This document shows positions 9,233-19,020 of a stretch of DNA of 64,000 nucleotides, piece after piece. The stretch covers positions 6,869 through 70,868 of the forward strand of contig CAWFBN010000083.1 of the NCBI GenBank assembly GCA_963813955.1. The letters are read 5' to 3'. Position 1 is the first letter of the stretch, and each line of letters opens with the position of its first letter. The position numbers were made by a program, and so were the translations under genes. Below the pieces are notes generated by a model. The model did not search any database and was not told where the DNA came from. It saw nothing but the letters and a program-made list of their open reading frames with translations. The DNA comes from an uncultured Alphaproteobacteria bacterium (GTDB lineage Bacteria > Pseudomonadota > Alphaproteobacteria > Rhizobiales > Beijerinckiaceae).

Positions 9233-11422
9233 ATGGCAACGCAAACTAACGGAATTGACGTCCTGCAAGGTGTCGTACCCGCCGATATCGCCGCCGCGCC
9301 GGTGAGGGCGAAGGTCGTCGAAATGTACGACGACAGCGGCAACCTCTTCTCGGCCGCCCAGGTCGCCCAGATGGAGAGCGGCGGCGGACAGGTGCTGGGA
9401 TATTTCAGCATCGGAGAGGCCGAGAACTACCGCTCCTATTTTTCAAGCTTGCCAAGTTCAGTATTGGGTCCGGTGGACCCGGCGTGGCCGGGCGACTACG
9501 AGGTGGCTTACTGGTCGCCGCAATGGTTGACCGTCTCCGAGAACTACATCCAGACGATGATCAACCAGGGCTACAATGGCGCCTGCTTCGACGTGGTCGG
9601 CGAAGCCTTTACATCCTGGGCGCAGCAGAACGCGCCGGGCGGCGATGCGCAGGGCGCGATGGTCAAGCTGATCCAGGAACTCGGCGCCTTCGCCCATGCG
9701 CAGAATCCCAACTTTAAAATCTGGATCAACTCCTCGGGCGCGGAGCCCATGCTGTCGAACCCCGCCCTGATCAACGCGATCGACGGCGTGTTTGAAGAAC
9801 AATTATTTTACCAGAATGCCACGCAAGCGACATCGCTCCGCGGATTTGAGTTACAACATCTCGCTGCTGGAAACGTCACCAAGGCCGGCAAGCCGGTGGT
9901 TGCGATCGAGTACATATCGGGGGCCGCGCAGGTGGCCAACGTCGAGATCCAAGCCAAAGCGGATGGTTTTGGCTATTACATAGCGAACCCCAACCTCGCC
10001 CTGAACGGCGTCGACACTCAGGGATTTGCGGGATTAACGCCGCCGCCGCCCACGCCGCCCACCGCCGTGCCGGTGGTTGCGATCGCCAGCACTGCCGAAT
10101 ACTTCTGCAACGGCCACCCAGACCATCAGCGGGACGGTCGTTGGCGGGGTCGCCAACTCGACCGTCAATATCCTCGACGGGGGAGCGCAATTAGCTACGG
10201 CGACGCTCGCCGCCGACGGAACCTGGTCGGCCAGTGTCACGCTCGGCGCCAATGTCCTGACCGCGACCAACACCAACACCGCCGGAACGGGGACGTCCAG
10301 CTCCATCACCGACACACTGACGTCCACGCCGCCCACCGCCGTGCCGAAGGTGGCGATCACCAGTACTGCCGAATCTTCTGCAACGGCCACCCAGACCATC
10401 AGTGGGACGGTCGTTGGCGGGGTGGCCAATTCGACCGTCAATATCCTCGACGGGGGAGCGCAATTAGCTACGGCGACGCTCGCAGCCGACGGAACCTGGT
10501 GGCCGTGCACGCTCAAAGCGGGCGCCAATGTGCTGACGGCGACCAACACCAACGCCGCCGGAACGGGAACGTCCAGCTCCATCACCGACACATGATGTCA
10601 TCGCAGCCCACCGCCGTGCCGACGGTGGCGATCACCAGCGCGGCGGCACGTGACCAGGCCGCCCAGACCATCACCGGGACGGTCGATGTCGCGGACGCCG
10701 GTTCGACAGTCAATATGCTCGACGGGACGAAGCAGGTCGCTACGGCGACGGTTGGAACCACCGGAGCCTGGTCGGCCAATGTCACGCTCAACCAGGGCGC
10801 CAATGTCCTGACGGCGACCGACACCAACACCGCCGGGACGGGAAAGTCCAGCGCCATCACCGACACGCTGACGGCCTCGACGCCCTAGCCCCACCACGCC
10901 GACGAGTTCGACCTCGCCGACGCTCACCATCGCCGAATCGAGCTGAATGTCACGGGCGGCGGCGGAACGGTCGATCTGGGCATCACGAAACGTCGCCCGC
11001 ATCGCCACGTCCGCGTCCATCACGATCCGGGGCCTTCCCCGCTATGAAACGATCACCGATGGTCTCGGCGACACATTTTCGGGGGGTGCGATCAACATCA
11101 CCCAGGCCAGGTCAACAGCGGCCTGACCCTGACCTCGAACTACGAGGGCGCGAGACATCCGGTCGCGACGCTGCAAATCACCGCGAACGACACGGTCGCC
11201 GGCGTCACCTCGCATTCGGCCACGCAGACCCTGACCGTGACCGATCCGCCCCCGGCGTCCACCGCCACTGCGACGCCACGACCACCACCGGCCAGCTGGC
11301 GCTGCTGAACCAATATATCGCCAGCGGTTTCGACAATCATTCGGGCGGCGCTCCGCTGATGTCGAATGTCGCCGCGGCTTTTGGCCATGACGAGCTTCCT
11401 GACCTCGCCGCGGCACGCATAA
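9233..11422 (+). CDS. Putative T1SS-secreted protein: GH114/TM1410-like galactosaminidase domain, Pro linker, three Ig-like repeats, further beta domain, C-terminal secretion-signal-like tail (frameshifted)
   Basis: GGAG RBS and ATG at 9233; no signal peptide; GYFSIGEAENYR, WPGDYEVAYW, GACFDVV, IDGVFEEQLFY, KPVVAIEY; Thr/Ala/Gly-rich repeats; ends ...QLALLNQYIASGF...FLTSPRHA*. Confidence 0.75.
10053..10880 (+). repeat. Three intragenic ~275-bp repeats encoding Ig-like domains
   Basis: Units begin CCCACCGCCGTGCCG near 10057, 10332 and 10607; units 1 and 2 are near-identical (TQTISGTVVGGVANSTVNILDG...GANVLTATNTN), unit 3 is diverged. Confidence 0.85.
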
Positions 11423-11432
11423 GCTTTGATCG

Positions 11433-11460
11433 TCCCGCGGGCGGTCTTCGCCCGCGGGAA
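11433..11460 (+). terminator. GC-rich hairpin between the cargo gene and the ABC gene
   Basis: TCCCGCGGGCG-GTCTT-CGCCCGCGGGA perfect stem; no U-tract, so it may be an mRNA-stabilising hairpin instead. Confidence 0.45.
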
Positions 11461-11601
11461 GGCCGTCACGACCCGAACTGCCTCTCCGCCGGCGCGGTGT
11501 GGGGGCGGGCATTCACCAAAACAACGCTCAAGCACGTTTGGTCTCGTCGCAATTGGACGCGGACGAAAGCTTTCAACGACAGACGAAACGTAAGAGGACG
11601 A

Positions 11602-14246
11602 ATGGCTTCACAACAAGGAAATGCTCAAACGATGGATTCCGGCGCCTTTGCGCTTGCCCATTTTCTGCGCCTGCATGGCGTCGCCGACGCTCATCCGGAT
11701 CAATTCAAGCGCGACGACGCCCCCGGGGGCATGGGACTGAAAGAGATGTTGAAAGGCGCCCGCGCCTGCGGCGTCAAGGCCTATGCCCACACCACCGACT
11801 GGTCGCGCTTGATGAGCGCGCGATTTCCGGTGATCGCCGTCTTGACGCGGAGGCGGCGATCTCTGCTGCTGGAAAAAATCGTCGAAGACAATGTTTTCGT
11901 CCTGCGTCCTTCCGCGGATTCGCATGAACCGCTGTTGCTGACGCGGGACCAGTTCGAAAAGATATGGAGCGGCGACATCCTGTTCGCCGACCAGGACGTC
12001 GTCGCCTCGAGCGCCCGCCTGTTGGCGGCGCGGTGCAGAGCCTCGGCCGCATCGGCTCGCACAGGCCGGAGCCCGTTGAACCCGAGAATTCCGAAGACGA
12101 GAATTCCGATCGCCGAAACCGAAGCCAGGATCGACGAATCCGGGCTCGGCGCGCTGGTGCTGCTGCTCGGCTTTCATGGCATCGGCGCCGACGCCGCCCA
12201 GATCAAACATCGCCTCGGCGTCGCGCGTATCGGCGTCGTCGACATGCTGCGTTGCGCCAAGCAGCTTGGCCTCAAGGCCAGCGCGCGCGCGACCCGTTGG
12301 GATCGGCTGGCGAACACGCCGCTCCCCGGCATCGCCCCCTTGCGCGACGGCGGCTTCCTCATTCTGGGCAAGGTTGGCGACGACCAGGTTCTGGTGCAGC
12401 ACCCGGCTTCGCCACGGCCGGAAACCATGACGCGACGCGAATTCGAAGCGATCTGGGACGGCCGGCTGGTGCTGATGGCCCGTCGTTCGGCGCTCAACGA
12501 GCTCAACCGCCGCTTCGACATCACGTGGTTTCTCGGCGCCATTCACAAATACCGCCGGCTCCTCGTCGAGGTGCTCGCCGCGTCTTTTGTTCTTCAGCTC
12601 TTCGCGCTGGCGACGCCGCTGTTCTTCCAGGTCGTGATCGACAAGGTGCTCGCCCATCACAGCCTGAGCACGCTGAATGTGATGATCGGCGGCCTTGTCA
12701 TCCTGACCCTCGCCGAGGGGCTTCTCGGCGCCTTGAAAACCTATCTGTTCACCCATACGACCAATCGTATCGATGTCGAACTCGGCGCCAGGCTGTTCCG
12801 GCATTTGATGGCCTTGCCGATGGCCTATTTCCAGGCGCGTCGCGTCGGCGATTCGCTGGCGCGCGTGCGCGAACTCGAAAACATCCGTCAATTCCTGACG
12901 AGTTCGGCGCTGACCCTCGTCGTGGACCTGTTCTTCACCTTCGCCTTTCTGGCGGTGATGTTCTACTACTCGACGACCTTGACCTGGATCGTTCTGGCGT
13001 CCTTTCCGTTCTACATCGCGCTTTCGGCCGGCGCCGCGCCGTTGTTCCGCCGCCGGATCGACGAAAAATTCAAGCGCGGCTCGGAAAACCAGGCTTTTCT
13101 GGTTGAGTGCGTCTCGGGCGTCGAGACCTTGAAGTCGATGGCGGTCGAGCCCCAGATGCAGCGCCGCTGGGAAGAACAACTCGCCGGCTATGTGGCGGCT
13201 AGCTTTCGCGTCCTCGACCTCAACAACAACGCCAGCCAGGCCGTTCAGACGATCAACAAGCTGTCTGTCGCGGCGATCCTCTATTTCGGCGCGCGGCTGG
13301 TGATCGCCGGCGATCTGAGCGTCGGCGAACTGGTCGCGTTCAACATGCTGGCCCAACGCGTCAGCGCGCCGGTTTTGCGGCTGGCGCAAATGTGGCAGGA
13401 GTTCCATCAGGCCAAGCTCTCGATCGATCGGATGGGCGATATTCTCAACTCCGCGCCGGAGCCGAGCTTCAACCCCGGCCGCGTGGCCCTTCCGGCGATC
13501 CGCGGCGAAGTCGCCTTCGAGAAAGTCTCCTTCCGCTATCGGGTGGATGGCGCGGTCGCGCTCGACGACATCGATTTTTCGGTCAAGCCCGGCGAAATTC
13601 TCGGGCATCGTAGGCTCCTCGGGCTCGGGCAAGAGCACTTTGGCCAAACTGGTGCAGCGCCTCTACGTTCCCGAGAGGGGCCGCGTGCTGGTGGATGGCG
13701 TCGATCTCGCCATGGTCGACATCGCCTGGCTGCGCCGGCAGATCGGCGTGGTCATGCAGGACAACATGCTGTTCAACTGCTCGATCCGCGACAATATCGC
13801 GCTGGCCGAGCCGGGCATGGCGATGGAGCGGGTGATCGCCGCCGCCAATATCGCAGGCGCGCATGAGTTCATCCTCGAACTGCCCGACGGCTATGACACC
13901 ATCGTCGGCGAACGCGGCGGAACCCTGTCCGGCGGCCAGCGTCAGCGCGTGGCCATCGCCCGGGCTTTGGTCACCGACCCCCGCATCCTGATTTTCGACG
14001 AGGCGACCAGCGCGCTGGATTACGAAAGTGAACGCGCCATTCAGCAGAACATGAAACGTATCGCGGCGGGCCGGACGGTGTTCGTCATCGCGCATCGACT
14101 TTCCACCGTGCGCCGGGCCGACCGCATCATCGACGATCGAGCATGGCCGCATCGTCGAGCAGGGAACGCACGACCAGTTGATCCGGATGAACGGCCGTTA
14201 TGCCAAGCTCAACCAGATGCAGGGGGGCAGCCATGAGCTCGGCTAA
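11602..14246 (+). CDS. Type I secretion ABC transporter (HlyB family) with two N-terminal C39-like domains (frameshifted)
   Basis: RBS AAGAGGA; [61 protein letters not shown]. Confidence 0.92.
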
Positions 14247-15684
14247 TCAGAAGATCGTCGCCTTTCCCAAGCCGAAGGCCAAGGTCACGCGCGGCGCCCA
14301 TGAAATCGCCTTTCTGCCGGCGGCGCTCGAAATAACCGAAACGCCGCCCTCGCCGATCGGCCGCGCGATCGGCGCGACGATCGTCGGCGTCTTTCTCATC
14401 GCCCTCGCATGGGCGTCTTTCGGCGACGTCGATATCGTCGCGTCCGCCAACGGCAAGATCGTGCCGAGCGGACGCACCAAATTGATCCAGCCCCTCGAGA
14501 CCGGCGTGGTCAGCGCAATTCACGTCCATGACGGCCAAAAGGTCAAAGCGGGCGAAGTGCTGATCGAACTCGATCCGACCATGACCAGCGCCGAGCAGGA
14601 ACATCTCAATGGCGATCTGATGGGCGCCCAACTCGAGGTCGCGCGCCTGCGCGCGGCGCTTGCCTGGCGAATGGGCGCCGCGGCCGATCCGATCGCGGCC
14701 TTTCGAGCCGCCAGCGGGCGCGAGCCCGCTGCAGATCGAGACGCAGCGCCAGTTCCTGATCAGCCAGACCTCCGAACAAAACGCCAAACTGGCCGAACTG
14801 GAGCGGGAGCTGGCGCAAAAGGAAGCCGAGCGCGCGACGGTCGTCGCGAGCACCGCCAAACTGGAGGCGACGGTTCCCGTTCTGCAGGAGCGGGTCGACG
14901 TTCGCAAAATCCTGTTCGACAAGGCTCTGGGCAGCAAGCTGACTTATCTGACGGAATATCAGGAACTCGTCGGCATGAAGCAGGATATTTCGGTCAACCT
15001 GAGCCGGATGCACGAATCCGACGCCGCCGTCGGCGCGTTGCGCGAAACGCGGCAGCGCACCGAGGCCGAATTTCGCCGCACCATGTTTACCGAACTCACC
15101 AAGGCGCAGCAGCTTGCCGCTGGCTTCGCGCATGACGTCGTCAGGGCGGAGCGGCGCAGCAAGCTGCAAAGGCTGACCGCGCCGGTCGACGGCGTGGTCC
15201 AGCAGCTTGCGGTCCATACGGTGGGCGGCGTGGTGACGCCTGCCCAGGCGCTTGCCATCGTCGTGCCGGAAGACAGCGCCATCGAGATCGAAGCCATGCT
15301 CCCCAACCGCGAGGTCGGCTTCGTCCATGCGGGACAGGCGGCGAGCATCAAAGTCGATACGTTCAATTTCACGCGTTACGGCCTCCTTGGCGGGTCGGTG
15401 CTGAGCGTGTCGCAGGACGCGGTGACGCCGCCTTCGCCATCCCAGGGCAGACAGAACCCGACGTCCGAGGGCGCGGCAGGTCGAAGAGGGCAAAGGCGAG
15501 CCGCTGCAATATGTCGCTCGCATATCGCTCGCGCCAGACGCAGATGAATATCGACGGCAAACCGGTCAATCTCACTCCCGGCATGGCTGTGACCGTCGAG
15601 ATCAAGACGGGCTCGCGCCGCATCATCAACTATCTGCTTTCGCCGCTCGAAAAGAACCGCCAGGAATCAATGCGGGAGCGGTAG
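14233..15684 (+). CDS. HlyD-family type I secretion membrane fusion protein (frameshifted)
   Basis: [63 protein letters not shown]. Confidence 0.92.
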
Positions 15685-15821
15685 AAAACCTGGAGCTTTT
15701 CAGGCGATGCCTTTTATATAAAAATCTCGAGCATGATGCGTTGGCGTCTCGCATCATGCCCGAGAACCGCGAAAATCCCGTGGGGGGCGGAATTTCCGCG
15801 AACATCAGCGCCGCATACCGG

Positions 15822-16588
15822 TCACATTATTTGTCTTGTGTGACCGGAGAACACGCTGAGGGTGGCGCGTTCCGCAATGCCGATGTTTTCCTCAAATGTC
15901 TCCTCGACCGAGCTGAGCGCCAGAACCTGCCGGTCCCGTTGCCGCAGCAGTTTTTCGATCCGGTTCGCCAAAGCCGCATGCTCCCGAAGGCCGACGGTCG
16001 TTTCTTCCGACAGGCGTCCAAGCCCGCCAATGTTGCGATGGCGCCGCCCAAGCCGAATTTCGAGATCATTGATCGGCGCCTCAACGTGAAAGACGATATC
16101 CGCTTGTGGCGCGGTCTGGAGCAAGGCGACGATGGATCGTCTGTCATGCTCGGCTGGAGCATGGCGATTGAGGCGATGGCCTGAATATAGGCCTGGTCGA
16201 AAATCCAGATGTCGGGGCTGGTGGATGCCTGAGACCAGACAGTGGAAAGGCGCAGTAGATATTGCCGCATCCTGAGCGAACGCAATATTTGACCTTGCGG
16301 CAAAGCTTGGGACAGCATCCTCGCGACACGTCCATCGGGAGACGCTTTCGACCATCCTCCACTTCTGGCGATCAATTCATAGGCAGGAACAATAAGCCGG
16401 CGCGCGGCCGTCGTGAATGAGGCGGAGGGTTCTTCATTGTCGCGATGCTCGGTCGTAAAAGCCACTTCGCCGGGCCGCGCGCTCAGCCTCAGCGAGGCTG
16501 GAAACCCATGCGCGCGCAAGCGATCCGCCAAAGTCAAACTCAGGGTGGTCTTGCCTGACCCGGGCGGGCCGAAAAATTCTATGATCAC
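15822..16588 (-). CDS. P-loop NMP/thymidylate-kinase-like protein (frameshifted)
   Basis: GTG start with GGAG RBS; IIEFFGPPGSGKTT Walker A at the N-terminus; WIFDQ; ADIVFHVEAP...IRLGRR lid-like segment. Confidence 0.65.
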
Positions 16589-17454
16589 ATCTCCACCCCG
16601 GCTCACAAAATACCCCAAGGGGCGCGCTTGATCGCGCGTGGCAGGCGGTCGAGGCGAGTTTCAATGAGCGCCGGACCCATCTTCAATTCGCGCCGGGCAA
16701 CGGCGTCAGCGGAGCGGTCAGAAATCTGGCCGTGAGAAGCGCCCTTCGGCTTACCGAAGAGGCGCCGCGGCAGGCATTCGGTATCGACGCCCTGAGTTGG
16801 CATGGCCAAGGACAAATTCATTTCGCGGTTTCCTCGATCGCGGGATGATTTTTCTCGGCGCCACTCATCCCGCCGGCGGTGGATTTCGTTTCCGGTTTTT
16901 CCGCCGGCGCGGGCTTGTCTACTCGTCGTTACATACTCGGATCGAAGTCGATTTCGGTCAATCGACACCTCAGCTTGTATGGCGTTTAAAGGGGGGAGGC
17001 GCGAGAGATCGCTCTCGCCGAAAGGAGTTGTCGCTACCGCTTATGATGTAGTGTCCGAATGGGTGACGACGGGCCATTTGTTATCCAGATTCGTCCGTTT
17101 CATCCGTATGGCCGGCACGGACCAAAACAACTCCCGTCGCAAGCGCATTGGCGCCATGGCCGCATCGCTGTGGGAGATGTTGCGTCCCGGATCGCGGCGG
17201 CGGGTGCAAAGCTTCCGGGCGCGGTCCACGTCGAGGGCGGACGAGATTCAGGACACCTCACCTCATAAGCCCGATGAGGTGAGCGCGGCTATCGTCGAAT
17301 GTCGAGGGAATGGCGATGCGGGCAACCCGAGCGAGTTGGGCTGCAAGGACCGCAGCCCGAACTCTCAAGGAGCTTCGGGGCGCTGGTTCCAGGGCAAGCA
17401 TCTGAAGATCAAACGCGACGCTGGCGGCGCCCAGGCATGCGCCGCCGAGCTTCA

Positions 17455-18276
17455 CTAAACGCGGTCGGAGCTTCCCCGGTCCGCGGCGGCAAGGAAGGCG
17501 AACGCGGGTTCGACAACCTCCGGCCGCACGGGGGGTGGGGCCAGATCGGCGCTTTTGATGGCGACGTCAGTCCGATTCTTGGCCTGAAGCTTTTTCATGA
17601 TGTGCCGTACATGCACTTTCACTGTGCTTTCGCACAGGTTCAGCTCGTAGGCGATTACTTTGTTCGGCTTGCCCTTTCGGATCGCCTGGATCACCGCGAA
17701 CTCGCGGTTCGTGAAGACGCTGGCGGCGCGTGACGCCTGAACGCTTGCGGGGGCCGGCGCTTGTTTGGCCGCTATGAGACATTGCGCCGGAACATAAGTT
17801 CCCCCGGCGCCAACAAAACGCAACGCCTGTACGAAAATGTCAAAACCCGCGCTGATCGATATATAGCCGTTCGCGCCTTGACTAAGGGCGAGCAAAACCT
17901 TGTTGAGATCGTCGCTTTTGCCCAGAACCATGGAACGCGTGCGCGGACCGATATCCGTAAGCTGCGCCAATTCGGCGTCCGCCTCTTCATCGCTCAGAGA
18001 GAGCGTCGATAGAAGCACGACGGCATGGTTGGCGGCCCCGGACTGCCCCAATTCGGAAAGAGAAGCGCAGCCAACGGCGCATCCTTCGGAATATTCGGCT
18101 ACGCTTCGCAGTAGACAATCACGCAAAAAGGCGTTGCGCTCGACGACTACGATCATTCGGTGGAATTTAGACGCAGCATCCTCCTGCTCCGAGTCGTCAG
18201 ACGTCTCACTGGTGCAAGAGTCCTCTCGATGAGAACTGCTCCGTTCCTGCGTGCGTGTTGAATATGTTGCAGCCAT
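17455..18276 (-). CDS. LuxR/NarL-family transcription factor with atypical (pseudo) receiver domain
   Basis: Strong RBS; HTH FTNREFAVIQAIRKGKPNKVIAYELNLCESTVKVHV; the receiver has VVER and VLLS in place of the acidic pocket and phospho-Asp. Confidence 0.88.
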   Translation of the reverse strand: MAATYSTRTQERSSSHREDSCTSETSDDSEQEDAASKFHRMIVVVERNAFLRDCLLRSVAEYSEGCAVGCASLSELGQSGAANHAVVLLSTLSLSDEEADAELAQLTDIGPRTRSMVLGKSDDLNKVLLALSQGANGYISISAGFDIFVQALRFVGAGGTYVPAQCLIAAKQAPAPASVQASRAASVFTNREFAVIQAIRKGKPNKVIAYELNLCESTVKVHVRHIMKKLQAKNRTDVAIKSADLAPPPVRPEVVEPAFAFLAAADRGSSDRV

Positions 18277-19020
18277 ACTCCCCCTCCTATTACTAGCACT
18301 AATTTTGCGCCAAAAGTCACAAAATTTTTACCAACAATGCATGTAAACTGACAGTGGTCACCAAAATGTGGTTACCAATACTTCATATCTGGAAATTTTT
18401 ACGCCAAAAATTCCATAAGTAATCCCTTATTTTACTATCTATTAATAACTAGCATGGCAAAGTCAAATGACGATAATTTGTGCATCCGATCTCGGCCGGG
18501 GCTATTGATTCCATTGCAACGTCCCCTAGCGTAAGGCAGCGAATGGTGAAGCTTATGATATAAACCGCCCCATATAAACTACGGTTTGTACTGAAGGGAT
18601 CCCCCATTCGAGCTGCCGATCATACCTAAGTGTAAATACGTACCTAAGGCGACGCAGTAAATTCTACTTGCATACAGCAAGCTTGTCATCTTTTTTAACT
18701 ACAAAACGGCCGAAAAACTCAGTATTTACAGTCACGCTTTAGTTGCGCTTATACTCCTTGAGTTATCTCAAGTTACTGAAATTGGATCGATTTTTTCTCT
18801 TAGCCTTCCGTAGCTTTGGCGAATCATCCCCTTTTGAATGATAGCGGCGGAGTTGTGGCGCAAAAGGTGTACGCCTAAAAGTCAGGCGCGAATTTGCGCC
18901 TCCGGTTGCGCGATCGCCCGCCATTCAGAGCAAAATTAAAATCCTGTGAATGCTCGCGTGTTCGGCCCCATGCCGGACCTCGGGCGTGCTACCAAGCCTC
19001 CGGCGATTGGGGGAGAGCGG

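Noticed and set aside
11608-13647. Long antisense ORFs (also 36475-38355, 38805-40262, 57299-58936, 60661-62037, 62098-63672)
   Set aside because: Shadow frames opposite GC-rich genes, with no recognisable motifs.
11044-13866. 940-aa ORF suggesting a cargo-transporter fusion
   Set aside because: The cargo ends naturally at FLTSPRHA* (11422), followed by a hairpin and a separate RBS/ATG at 11602; the fusion is a frameshift artefact.
16600-17455. Possible genes between the kinase-like gene and the LuxR gene (e.g. 16802-17458 +)
   Set aside because: No convincing RBS, motif or protein-like composition; left unannotated.
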